From NCBI GenBank assembly GCA_044223005.1, contig JBGAML010000005.1, positions 64,001 through 128,000 of the forward strand: a stretch of 64,000 bases of DNA, read 5' to 3'. The notes beneath the pieces were generated by a model. That model searched no databases and was not told the origin of the DNA. It saw only the letters and a list, made by a program, of their open reading frames with translations. This DNA is from Candidatus Eiseniibacteriota bacterium (GTDB lineage: Bacteria > Eisenbacteria > RBG-16-71-46). A program made the position numbers and the translations under genes. Of this stretch, positions 19,963-31,802 are shown in pieces; within the stretch, counting starts at the first letter, position 1, and each line of letters starts with the position of its first letter.

Positions 19963-21234
19963 ATGAAGCGACGGGTACTGTGGATCGGCGTCGGGCTCGC
20001 CGTGGTGAGCCTCGGAGCGCTCGGGATGGTCGTGCGCGGGCGCGGCGAGAAGCCGCTCGTGGTCCAGACCACGCCGGCGAGCCGGCAGGAGATCGTGCAG
20101 AAGGTCGACGCCACTGGCCGCATCGAGCCCCGCACGCAGATCAAGATCAGCGCCGACGTGAGCGCCAAGATCAAGCACATCGCCGTGCGCGAGGGCCAGT
20201 GGGTCGAAAAGGGCGCGCTCCTCGTCGAACTGGACCGCGTGCGCTACCTGGCGGCCGTCGAGAACGCCGAGGCGAACGTGCGCGCGGCGCAGGCGAACGC
20301 CACGCTCGTGCTGCAGAATCGCGAGCAGGCGCGCAAGGAGTACGAGCGCACGAGGGAACTGATGGCGCGCCAGCTCACCTCGCCGTCGGATCACGACGCC
20401 AAGCAGACGGCGTGGCAGGTCGAGGACGCGCGCTACAAGACCGCGATCGAGCAGGTCGCGCAGGCCCGCGCCACGCTCAAGCAGGCGCAGGACGATCTCT
20501 CCAAGACGACGATCTACGCGCCCATGTCGGGCACCGTGAGCGCCCTCAACAAGGAAGAGGGCGAGATCGCGCTCGGCTCGCAGTTCCAGGCCGACGTGAT
20601 CCTGATCGTGGCCGACCTCTCCGCGATGGAGGCCCAGGTCGGGGTCGACGAGAACGACATCGGCTCGATCCGGGTCGGGCAGCCGGCCGAGATCCAGGCC
20701 GACGCCCTGCTCGGGCAGCCGCTCCACGGGCGCGTGAGCGAGATCGGGAGCAGCGCCACCGCCAGCGGCACGGGAACCACGGACCAGAAGACCGAGTTCG
20801 AGGTGAAGATCGGCATCACGGACTCGCTCCGGACCCTGCGCCCGGGCATGACCACCACGGCCGACATCGTCACGCAGACGCGCGAGCGCGCCCTGAGCGT
20901 TCCGCTCCAGAGCGTGGCGCTGCGCACGGTCGACCAGCTGCTCCGCAAGGGGGAGAAGCGCGCCGACGCCGAAAAGCGCTTCAAGGCAGACAAGGACGGC
21001 TTCGTCGAGGTGGTCTTCTGTGTCGAGAACGGCCACGCGGTCGCGCACCAGGTGAAGACCGGCATCCAGAGCAACGACCGCATCGAGATCCTCGACGGGC
21101 TGAAGGAGGGCGACGTGGTCGTCTCCGGCAGCTACCGGGCGATCTCCAAGGACCTCGCCAACGGCGCCGCGGTGAAGATCGACAACAGCAAGCCCGCCGA
21201 CGGACACGCGCCGGTCGCCGACCGGGCGAGCTGA
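19963..21234 (+). CDS. Efflux periplasmic adaptor (MacA/HlyD-like)
   Basis: N-terminal TM; coiled coil; TIYAPMSGTV, VDENDI, LRPGMT, GLKEGDVVV. Confidence 0.92.
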   Translation: MKRRVLWIGVGLAVVSLGALGMVVRGRGEKPLVVQTTPASRQEIVQKVDATGRIEPRTQIKISADVSAKIKHIAVREGQWVEKGALLVELDRVRYLAAVENAEANVRAAQANATLVLQNREQARKEYERTRELMARQLTSPSDHDAKQTAWQVEDARYKTAIEQVAQARATLKQAQDDLSKTTIYAPMSGTVSALNKEEGEIALGSQFQADVILIVADLSAMEAQVGVDENDIGSIRVGQPAEIQADALLGQPLHGRVSEIGSSATASGTGTTDQKTEFEVKIGITDSLRTLRPGMTTTADIVTQTRERALSVPLQSVALRTVDQLLRKGEKRADAEKRFKADKDGFVEVVFCVENGHAVAHQVKTGIQSNDRIEILDGLKEGDVVVSGSYRAISKDLANGAAVKIDNSKPADGHAPVADRAS

Positions 21235-21246
21235 CCGGCGGTCGCC

Positions 21247-22485
21247 GTGGGATCGCTCGCCATGCTGCGCGAATCCCTCGCGATCGCGCTCACCGCGTTG
21301 CTCGCCAATCGCGTGCGAGGCGCGCTCACGACGCTGGGCATCATCATCGGCATCGTGGCGGTCGTGACGACGATGACGGCGTTCAACGGCCTGCAGAACC
21401 GGTTCCGCGAGAGCTTCTCGGCCGTGGGCAGCGACGTGATCTACGTCTCGCGCATGCCGTGGGTCGTCATGAACGACTTCTTCCTCTACCGGAACCGCCC
21501 GCGCATCACGCTGCACGAGGCCCAGGCGCTGGAATCGCGACTGCGCGGACGCGCCCTCGTGAACCCGTCGGTCGCCGGGTCCGCGAGCCTCAAGGTCGGC
21601 TCGCAGACGATCGAGGACGTGCAGGTGATCGGCACCACCGAGCGCCAGACGTTCTTCTCGAGCGTGCAACCGCAGTCGGGCCGGTTCCTCATGCCCTTCG
21701 ATGTCCGCTACAAGAAGAACGTGTGCGTGATCGGGACCGACATCCGCGACGGGCTCTTCCGGGGCGTCGACCCGGTCAACCGCACGCTGCGGATCGGCCG
21801 CCACGACTACCGGGTGATCGGCGTGATGGAGAAGCAGGGGGGCGCGTTCCTCGACGGCCCCAACTTCGACCGGCAGGTCTACGTCCCGCTCACGACCTGG
21901 CTGCGCAACTTCGGCGGCAACGGCGACCGCGTGGACGTGATGCTCGCCGTCAAGGCACCCACGCCCGGAGCGCTGGCCGACCTCGAGTACGAAGTCCAGG
22001 GCGCGATGCGCCGGGTCCGCGGCCTGCGGCCGGCCGACGGCGACGACTTCTCGATCAACAAGCTCGACACGCTGGTCGGCACGTTCAACAACGTCATGGG
22101 CGTCGTGCTGCTCGTGGGACTGATCGTCACGAGCTTCTCGCTGTTCGTGGGTGCCGTCGGCGTCATGAACATCATGCTCGTCTCCGTCACGGAGCGGACG
22201 CGCGAGATCGGCATCCGCAAGGCGATCGGTGCCACGCGGCGCAGCCTGCTCGTGCAGTTCCTGTTCGAGGCGGCCGCGATCTGCCTTGCCGGCGGCGCGG
22301 TCGGCATCGGGATCTCGGCCATCGTGGCCGCGGTGCTCAACGCGACCGTGATGCCGGCGAACCTCTCGCTGCCGATCGTCGCGATCGCCGTACTCGTCTC
22401 CGTCCTCGTCGGGGTCACCGCCGGCGTGGCCCCCGCGTGGCGCGGCGCCCGGCTCGATCCGGTCGAAGCACTCCGGTACGAGTAG
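21247..22485 (+). CDS. MacB/FtsX-like ABC permease
   Basis: LTTLGIIIGI, GVMNIMLVSVTERTREIGIRKAIGA, LDPVEALRYE. Confidence 0.93.
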   Translation: MGSLAMLRESLAIALTALLANRVRGALTTLGIIIGIVAVVTTMTAFNGLQNRFRESFSAVGSDVIYVSRMPWVVMNDFFLYRNRPRITLHEAQALESRLRGRALVNPSVAGSASLKVGSQTIEDVQVIGTTERQTFFSSVQPQSGRFLMPFDVRYKKNVCVIGTDIRDGLFRGVDPVNRTLRIGRHDYRVIGVMEKQGGAFLDGPNFDRQVYVPLTTWLRNFGGNGDRVDVMLAVKAPTPGALADLEYEVQGAMRRVRGLRPADGDDFSINKLDTLVGTFNNVMGVVLLVGLIVTSFSLFVGAVGVMNIMLVSVTERTREIGIRKAIGATRRSLLVQFLFEAAAICLAGGAVGIGISAIVAAVLNATVMPANLSLPIVAIAVLVSVLVGVTAGVAPAWRGARLDPVEALRYE

Positions 22486-22495
22486 GAGGGCGCCC

Positions 22496-23743
22496 GTGAA
22501 TCCCCGCGAACTCCTGTCCATGGCGCTCCGCTCGATCGTCGCCAACAAGCTCCGCAGCGCGCTCACGCTGGTGGGCATCGTCGTCGGCGTGGCGTCGATC
22601 ATCGCCGTCATGACCGCGATCTCGCTCATCCAGGCGACCATGGAGCGGGAGATGAGCGTCCTCGGGACGCAGGTGTTCCAGGTGCAGAAGTGGCCGGCGG
22701 GCGGCTTCTCGAGCCCCGAGCAGCGGCGCCGTGCCCAGAGCTGGCCGCCGCTCACGCTCGCGCAGGCGAACGCGATCCGAGAACAGGTCCCGGTCGTGGA
22801 CCTCGTGGGCTCCGAGATCTGGGACTTCGGCTTCGCCGCCGAGTATCGCGGCGAGCACACGAACCCGAACCTCTCGATCTGCGGCGGCACGCCCGAGTAC
22901 GCGCCCAACAACACCCACTTCGTCGGCCTCGGCCGCAACCTCTCGCCGATGGACGTGCGCAGCGCCGCCCGCGTCGTCGTGATCGGGCACGCGATTTCCC
23001 AGAAGCTCTTTCCCTTCGTCGATCCGATCGGCCGCGAACTGATCGTGGACCACCGCCGCTACGAGGTGATCGGCGTGTTCGACGAGAAGAAGTCGGCCTT
23101 CGGCGGCAACTTCGACAACTACGTCCTCATGCCGGTCACCACGTTCCTCGGCGTCTACGGTCCCACGGGCCGCGACGGGCGACCGCGTTCGGTGAACATC
23201 ACCGTGCGCGCCCACAGCCCCGAACTGATGCCGCAGGCGATCGACCAGACGCGCCTCGTGCTGCGCCGCATGCGCGGCGTGAAGCCCGCCGAGGAGGACA
23301 ACTTCGACTTCTACAGCAGCCAGAGCCTGATCACCCAGTTCAACAAGATGAGCCTCGGCGTGAAGATCGCCGCGTTCCTCGTGGGCATCGTGGCGCTGGT
23401 CGTGGCCGGTATCGGCATCATGAACATCATGCTCGTCGCGGTGACCGAACGGACACGCGAGATCGGCCTGCGCAAGGCGCTCGGGGCGCGCGCCTCGAGT
23501 ATCCGCACGCAGTTCCTGCTGGAGGCGGTCGTCCTCTGCAACCTCGGCGGCATCGCCGGCGTGGCCCTGGGCTTCGCGCTCGGTAACCTCGTCGCCGTGT
23601 TCGCCAAGTTCCCGCCGCGCGTCCCGCTCGAGTGGGGTCTGATCGGCCTGCTGTTCTGCTCGGCCGTCGGCGTCACGTTCGGGCTCCTGCCCGCGATGCG
23701 CGCCGCGCGGCTCGACCCGGTCGAGGCGCTCCGCTACGAGTAG
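22496..23743 (+). CDS. MacB/FtsX-like ABC permease
   Basis: NKLRSALTLVGI, GIMNIMLVAVTERTREIGLRKALGA, LDPVEALRYE. Confidence 0.93.
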   Translation: MNPRELLSMALRSIVANKLRSALTLVGIVVGVASIIAVMTAISLIQATMEREMSVLGTQVFQVQKWPAGGFSSPEQRRRAQSWPPLTLAQANAIREQVPVVDLVGSEIWDFGFAAEYRGEHTNPNLSICGGTPEYAPNNTHFVGLGRNLSPMDVRSAARVVVIGHAISQKLFPFVDPIGRELIVDHRRYEVIGVFDEKKSAFGGNFDNYVLMPVTTFLGVYGPTGRDGRPRSVNITVRAHSPELMPQAIDQTRLVLRRMRGVKPAEEDNFDFYSSQSLITQFNKMSLGVKIAAFLVGIVALVVAGIGIMNIMLVAVTERTREIGLRKALGARASSIRTQFLLEAVVLCNLGGIAGVALGFALGNLVAVFAKFPPRVPLEWGLIGLLFCSAVGVTFGLLPAMRAARLDPVEALRYE

Positions 23744-23803
23744 CGGCGGGCGCCGCGTGCCCCGAAGGGACGTTCTGCCCTCGCTCTCGTCCCGAAGCGC
23801 GCG

Positions 23804-23838
23804 AGGCCCCCGGGCGCGAGACCTGCGCCCGGGGGCCT
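23804..23838. terminator. Hairpin between convergent genes
   Basis: 14-bp stem AGGCCCCCGGGCGC-7 nt-GCGCCCGGGGGCCT. Confidence 0.6.
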
Positions 23839-23861
23839 GCGACCTTGGTCGTGCGTTCGGG

Positions 23862-26800
23862 TCAGCGAAGCACGACGACGCGTGCGGTCCGCACGGCCGC
23901 ACCCTGCTCGAGCCGCACCATGTAGAGCCCCGGCGCCAGCGTCGCGCCCGCGCCCAGGTCCACGGAGTGACGCCCGGCGCCGAGCACGCCGACTTCGCGC
24001 TCGGACACCTTGCGGCCCGCCACGTCGAGCAGCGCGAGCCGAGCGGGCGACGCCGCCGGCAGCGCGAATGCCACGCGCAGCGAGCTACCGCGCGCCGGGT
24101 TCTCCGGAGCCTGGAGCGCGAACGCCACGTTCGTCTCCGGCCCGACGCCGAGCACCTGCCCGGCCTGCGTGAGCGCGAAGACGCTCAGGTTCCCGTTGAC
24201 GTCGGCCGCCCGCAGGATGAAGTAGTTGCCCGAGATCGCGGCCGGGTCGTCGTACGTGGTCGTCGTCACGGTCGCCACCAGGTTCGCCGGCGACGGCAGG
24301 AAGCCGGGCGTCGTGCCGCGATAGAGCTTGTACCCGGCGAGATCGTTCTCGGCGTTCGGGCTCCACGTGAGGTGCGCGGCGCCGGCCGAGTAGGTGCCCG
24401 TGAAGGCGGCCGGGGCGAGCGGTGGGATGTTGTCCACCGATTGGCCACTCGCGGGGTCGCTCGCGATCCAGATCGTGGGGGCCGTCGTGCTGGTGGTCAC
24501 CACGAACGTGTCCGCCGCGGCATTCGTCACCGTCGGGACCGCCACGAAGTACTGCGCCTGCTGCAGCGCCGGCACCGACGTGACGAGCTCCCAGGTCCCC
24601 GGCGGGAACGCCGACGTGCTCGATGCGCCGTCGCGCACGGCACCCGTGGTCAGGATGCGGCCCTGCTCCTCGCGCACGACGAGGCCGGACGGCACGGACG
24701 CCCGCAGCGCTTCGAGCGACGCGCCGCTCCCGCGCACGGACGCGGCACGAGCCGGGTTCGAGGTGATCGCGATGTGCCGCCACACGCCGTACGTGGTGGC
24801 GGGAGTCGCCGCGTTCGCGACGTCCAGCGGCGAGGCCGCGAACGTGATCCGCAGCCACCCACCCTGGTCGCCGGGGAGGTCGTTCACGCTGGCGATGCCG
24901 GCGCCGAGCACGAAGAGCGTGTCGTCGGTGAACGCGCCGCCCTTCAGGCCATAGTCGACCATCTGGATGCCGTAGTGTGGGTTCCGGTGGATGCGCGCCA
25001 GGTCGATCGCATAGGACGTCGTCGTCAACGCGCCGAGCGCGGCGACGCGGCGCAGCCCCGTGAGCGGGTCCGCGGGCACTGACGCGAGGTCCATGCCGTT
25101 GGCGGTCGTGCCGACCCGGATGTCGTACGTCACCGGCGTGACCCCGAACGGATAGTGAACGGAACCGTTGCCCGTCCACGTGATCCGGAGCTTCGTCCCG
25201 CTCACGGATGCGTTGTAGGCGTACACCCGGTTCATGGTCGTGGGCGGGTTCTGGATGCCGTAGCCGCCGCGGTACAGCCGGGTCGTTGTCGTACTGACGG
25301 ACTGCGTTCCCGCGAGGACCAGGTCGAGGTGGCCATCCTGGTCGTAGTCGCCGATCGCCACCTTGCCATCGCGCAGCGCGGCGAGACCTACGGCGAGATC
25401 CACGCGGTCGTTCGAGATGACGCGACAGACGGAACCGGCGCCCGCGAGCCCGCCCAGCACGTAGTCCACACGGCCGTCGTTGTCGAGGTCCGCGCTCGCG
25501 GCGCACGGCGTCACCGTGTCGAACGGAGGCGCGGGAGAGACGCCGGTACTCGGGAACGAGCCGTTGCCGAGGTTGCGGAAGAACGCGTTCGAACCCAGCC
25601 ACAGGTCGAGCAGCCCGTCACCGTCCTGGTCGCTGACCGCGAGCTGGTGGGTCGAGCCGGCGCTCACCGTCGTGACCAGCGCGAACGTCCCGTTGCCGTT
25701 GCTGTGGTAGACCTTGCCGCCGACGAGGGCATCCAGCAGGCCGTCCCGGTCATAGTCGTAGCAGGCCACCGGGGCGCCCGCGATCGAGGGCTGATCGAGC
25801 CCGGTGAGCCCCGCGTTCATGTTGGTGAAGCTGCCGTCCCCGTTGTTGTGGTAGATCGCGGCGACGAACGAGCCGGATCCCGGGTAGCCATTGACGAGCA
25901 GGTCCGTCCAACCATCCTGGTCGAAGTCGCCACAGGCGATCGCGACGCTCGAGAAGCCGGGGAGCACGGCGCCGGAGTTCGTGAACGTGCCGTTGCCGTT
26001 GTTGCGGTAGACCTGGAACAGGCCGCTGCCCGCGATCACGATGTCGAGATCGCCGTCGTTGTCCACGTCCGCCCACTGCGCGTCGCCACCCGTGACGGGC
26101 GGCAGGCCCGCGGCGAGATCGGTGAAGACGCCCGCGGTGTTGCGGTAGACCCGGGAGATCGATCCGGACGCCGACGTGCCCGTCAGCAGCAGGTCGAGAT
26201 CGCCGTCGTTGTCGAAGTCACCCCACGCGAGCGACGGGCTGGAGAGCGCCGGCAGGCCCGCGCCCGTGTCGAGGAAGATCGACCCGAAGCACTGCACCCG
26301 CAGGTTCCCGGCGTCGGCGACGTACACGTCGCCATACGCATCGACGTCCAGGCCACTCGGGCGGTAGAGCTGCCCCGGGGCGCTGCCGCTCGGACCCCAC
26401 GTGCACAGGAAGGCGCCCGTGGACGTGAATTTCTGGATCCGGTCGTTGAAGAGATCCGAGACGTAGACGTTGCCCGTCGCGTCGACGGCGACGTGATCCG
26501 GACGGTCGAAGCCGCCGTTCTGCGAGCCGTTCGAACCCCACTGGAACTGGTAGGCGCCCGCCGTCGTGAAGGCCTGGATCCGGTCGTTGCCCGTGTCGGA
26601 GACGTAGATGAGGCCGTTGGCGCGGGACACGGCGACCTTCTTCGGATAGAAGAACTTGCCGTTGAGGACGCCGGGGCCGCCCCATTGCCCCAGGTAGCCG
26701 CCGAGGCTTGTGAACTTCTGGATTCGGTGGTTGTTCGTGTCGCCCACGTACACGTTGCCGGACGCATCGCAGCCGATGCCCTGCGGCGTGTCGAACTGAC

Positions 26801-27197
26801 CGTTGCCCGTGCCCAGGGAACCCCAGCGCGTGAGCACCGAACCGGCACTCGAGACCTTGGTCACGCGGTTGGGGCCGATTTCGAGCACGTAGACGTTCCC
26901 GGAATCGTCGACCGCGATCGAGGAGATGTTGTCGAAGTTGTACGGCGCACCCGACCACGCGCCGACGAACTCGCCCGTGCGCTTGAAGAAGCTGACCCGG
27001 TTCTTGGTCGCGTCCCCGACGTAGACGCGGTCACCCGAGATCGCCAGGTCGAGGGGCGCGGCGAAGCTCGAGCTGCCGTCGGAGGTCCAGCCGAAGCTGT
27101 AGGGTGGAGGAGTCTCGGCGCTCGCGACGCGCGAAGTGATTCCGGAGAGTCCGAGAGCGAGCAACGCGAAAAGCACGAACCGGGATGGGCGGCTCAT
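23862..27197 (-). CDS. Large secreted NHL-repeat + FG-GAP/VCBS-repeat protein with T9SS-CTD-like domain
   Basis: NHL units (P..IAVD..GNVYV.D..N.RIQKF); DFDNDGDLDL-type repeats; FN3-like segment; ENP..PGLYMVRL..ARVVVLR. Confidence 0.92.
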   Translation of the reverse strand: MSRPSRFVLFALLALGLSGITSRVASAETPPPYSFGWTSDGSSSFAAPLDLAISGDRVYVGDATKNRVSFFKRTGEFVGAWSGAPYNFDNISSIAVDDSGNVYVLEIGPNRVTKVSSAGSVLTRWGSLGTGNGQFDTPQGIGCDASGNVYVGDTNNHRIQKFTSLGGYLGQWGGPGVLNGKFFYPKKVAVSRANGLIYVSDTGNDRIQAFTTAGAYQFQWGSNGSQNGGFDRPDHVAVDATGNVYVSDLFNDRIQKFTSTGAFLCTWGPSGSAPGQLYRPSGLDVDAYGDVYVADAGNLRVQCFGSIFLDTGAGLPALSSPSLAWGDFDNDGDLDLLLTGTSASGSISRVYRNTAGVFTDLAAGLPPVTGGDAQWADVDNDGDLDIVIAGSGLFQVYRNNGNGTFTNSGAVLPGFSSVAIACGDFDQDGWTDLLVNGYPGSGSFVAAIYHNNGDGSFTNMNAGLTGLDQPSIAGAPVACYDYDRDGLLDALVGGKVYHSNGNGTFALVTTVSAGSTHQLAVSDQDGDGLLDLWLGSNAFFRNLGNGSFPSTGVSPAPPFDTVTPCAASADLDNDGRVDYVLGGLAGAGSVCRVISNDRVDLAVGLAALRDGKVAIGDYDQDGHLDLVLAGTQSVSTTTTRLYRGGYGIQNPPTTMNRVYAYNASVSGTKLRITWTGNGSVHYPFGVTPVTYDIRVGTTANGMDLASVPADPLTGLRRVAALGALTTTSYAIDLARIHRNPHYGIQMVDYGLKGGAFTDDTLFVLGAGIASVNDLPGDQGGWLRITFAASPLDVANAATPATTYGVWRHIAITSNPARAASVRGSGASLEALRASVPSGLVVREEQGRILTTGAVRDGASSTSAFPPGTWELVTSVPALQQAQYFVAVPTVTNAAADTFVVTTSTTAPTIWIASDPASGQSVDNIPPLAPAAFTGTYSAGAAHLTWSPNAENDLAGYKLYRGTTPGFLPSPANLVATVTTTTYDDPAAISGNYFILRAADVNGNLSVFALTQAGQVLGVGPETNVAFALQAPENPARGSSLRVAFALPAASPARLALLDVAGRKVSEREVGVLGAGRHSVDLGAGATLAPGLYMVRLEQGAAVRTARVVVLR

Positions 27198-27506
27198 AGG
27201 GGGGACCCGATCTCCTGGAGGCCTGCCCGCACGAGCGGGCGCGTGAGGGACGACGAGGATCGCGATGCTCTCGGCGATCCGGAATGCCGGGCACGAAGCC
27301 ACGAGCGTGCGCACCTATACCGCGAAGAGGATGCGCGCCAGAAGAGCGAATTCGCGTTCCGACACACAAACCGCTGGCTCGTCCGCGCGACGCAACGCAC
27401 CAGTGCACATTGTTTCGCTCGCGCGAACACGCACGAGCGTGCGGCGGGCACGAGGCGCGTCGCCGGAATGCGAAGCCGCTCGCGTCGGGCCTCGACGCCG
27501 AGCGAC

Positions 27507-29317
<1,811 letters not shown>

Positions 29318-29321
<4 letters not shown>

Positions 29322-30481
29322 GCGGCACGCTCTCCGGGGGCGCCGATCGCGACGCCCGTGAAGGTCTGGTTCACGTGGATGCTTCCGTACTGCTCGCCGT
29401 ACGTGTGGAACCCCATCACCGAGTAGCGGGCGAAGAGGTTTGCCAGCGGCACGTGCAGTTCGTGGCGCTCTGCCTCCAGCTTGCGCAGGATGCAGTCGCA
29501 CCCGATCACCAGTTGCGGCGGTCCCACGTGCTCGGAGACGCGCTTGAGCGAACGCTCGAGGCTGCCCACGAGATCGGACGCGGTCGCGAGATGGAGGATC
29601 AACCCCTCGTCGATGGCACAGTAGAAGGTCAGGCTGCCGTCGGCGTTGCGCTGCTGGATGCTTCGCACGTAATGCTGGCCGGCGAGGCGGACGACGACCG
29701 GGTGTTCGGCGAACACCTCCGGCGTCAGATCGGCCACCTCCACGCCGATGGCGCGGGCGTAGACGCGGTCCGCCGGCTCGCCGTCCAGCTCCAGGACGAG
29801 CCGCTCTTCGGAGTTCGCCGACGTCACCACGAAGAAGTGGTCCGTGGCCTCGAGGTGCTGGGAACGGAAGACGTGGAACGGCAGGTCCGTCTGGATCAAC
29901 GCGAGGACCGCGGTATTCGGGACGAAGCGGCCGTCTGCCAGCACCGCCGTGGACGCGAAGCGCTGATCGTCGCCCGCCGATCCGCCGAACAGCGGGATGC
30001 CGGGGAGGGCCGCGTGGAGGGCGCTCGTGACGATTTCCTCCCGCCGCGACAGTCCGTCGATCAGCAGCATGCCGAACATGCGGCCCGCGATCCGGCCGGG
30101 CTGTGACTCGTGCCGCACGACCAGGTCTTCCACGAGGCGCGTGGCTTCTCCGATCGTGAACGAGCGAAGGTCGCAGGCGCAGGCGGTCGAGACACGGAAA
30201 TGCTCGCGCGGCAGCGACACACCGACGAGAACTTCGTCGACCAGGCCATGGGAGTCGATGCCGCCCGCCGTGGTGCAGCCGATCACGGTCGTTTCACCGC
30301 AACGCTCGTGGATCGCGGTGGCGAACGCCGCGCGATCGAGCGACGCCGGCACGAAGAGGATCACCGCGGCGGCGGTGGAGGGCGCGAGCTCGCTCGCGAC
30401 CTGCTGAACGATCTCGTCGATCGAGCACCCCGGGACGGGGATGCTGGCTCGACGCACGACGACCTGCGGCCCGGCGGACAT
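29318..30481 (-). CDS. nosP: FIST domain protein (NosP-like NO/heme sensor)
   Basis: [55 protein letters not shown]. Confidence 0.88.
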
Positions 30482-30728
30482 GACCTGCCTCCCGGAGACG
30501 ATCGACGACCGCGCGCCGGGATTCCGGCGCACCTCACCTCTGGGAGTTTCGGATCGACGCGGGGCCCCTTGAGGCCGGGCGGCCGCTTCGCCGGCGGAAG
30601 CAGGCACGCAGCGACGGGCATTTGCGGCGCTCGCACCCGGTGGAACGGGCACGAACGCGACGCGGCGCCGGCGGGAATCCGCCGGCGCCGCGATCCTGCG
30701 TCCCGGAGCGGCGTCGCGCCGCGCCGCG

Positions 30729-31760
30729 TCACCAGCCCAGGAGCCACCCGAACACGAGCGGCGCGACGATCGTCGCGTCGGACTCGATGATGAACTTGGG
30801 CGTCTTGATGCCCAGCTTGCCCCACGTGATCTTCTCGTTCGGCACCGCGCCCGAATAGCTGCCGTAGCTCGTGGTGGAGTCGCTGATCTGGCAGAAGTAG
30901 CCCCAGAGCGGCACGTTGGTGCGCTGCAGGTCCTGGTGCAGCATCGGCACGACGCAGATCGGGAAGTCGCCCGCGATGCCGCCGCCGATCTGGAAGAAGC
31001 CGATCGAGCCGATCCCGTCGCGCTTGCGCGGGTGGAGCGGCTTCGCCGTCTTGGTGTACCAGTCCGCCAGCTCCATCATGTACTCGATGCCCGTGCGCAC
31101 CGTGTGCACGTTCTTCACGTCACCCGAGATCACGTGGCCGGCGTACATGTTGCCGAGCGTCGCGTCCTCCCAGCCGGGCACGATCATCGGCAGGTTCTTC
31201 TCGCACGCGGCCAGCATCCACGAGTTCTTCGGGTCGATCTGGTAGCTCTTCTCGAGCTTGCCGCCACGCAGGATGCGGAACATGAACTCGTGCGGGAACA
31301 GCCGCTCGCCCTTCTTGTCCGCCTTCACCCACTCCTCGAGCACGACCGCCTCGATGCGGCGCATGGCTTCCATCTCGGGAATGCAGGTGTCGGTGACGCG
31401 GTTCATGTGCCGGTCGAGCAGCGCCTGCTCGTCGGCGGGGGTGAGGTCGCGGTAGTGTGGCACGCGCTCGTAGTAGTCGTGCGCGACGAGGTTGAAGATG
31501 TCCTCTTCCAGGTTGGCGCCGGTGCAGACGATCGCGTGCACCTTGTCCTGGCGGATCATCTCGGCGAGCGACCGGCCGAGCTCGGCCGTCGACATCGCAC
31601 CGGCGAGCGTGACCACCATCTTGCCGCCCTCGTCGAGGTGCCGCGCGTACGCCCGGGTGGCGTCCATCAGCGCGGCGGCGTTGAAGTGGCGGTAGTGCTC
31701 CTCCATGAACGCCGAAACGGGGCCGCTGCCGGGCTTGCGGGACTTGGTGCGAGTCGCCAT
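30729..31760 (-). CDS. Deoxyhypusine synthase-like protein (probable homospermidine synthesis)
   Basis: TLAGAMSTAELG, CTGANLEED, GSYSGA, EKITWGK, ESDATIVAPL. Confidence 0.9.
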   Translation of the reverse strand: MATRTKSRKPGSGPVSAFMEEHYRHFNAAALMDATRAYARHLDEGGKMVVTLAGAMSTAELGRSLAEMIRQDKVHAIVCTGANLEEDIFNLVAHDYYERVPHYRDLTPADEQALLDRHMNRVTDTCIPEMEAMRRIEAVVLEEWVKADKKGERLFPHEFMFRILRGGKLEKSYQIDPKNSWMLAACEKNLPMIVPGWEDATLGNMYAGHVISGDVKNVHTVRTGIEYMMELADWYTKTAKPLHPRKRDGIGSIGFFQIGGGIAGDFPICVVPMLHQDLQRTNVPLWGYFCQISDSTTSYGSYSGAVPNEKITWGKLGIKTPKFIIESDATIVAPLVFGWLLGW

Positions 31761-31802
31761 CGGACGTCTTCTCCTCGAGTGGGTGCGATGCCTCACGGGC
31801 CG

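Noticed and set aside
27279..27476. Short repeated words (CACGAGCGTGCG x2, CCGGAATGC x2) and TGTTTCG..CGAACA
   Set aside because: The order is permuted with no periodicity, and the spacing does not fit the 10-5-10 operator; not CRISPR-like.
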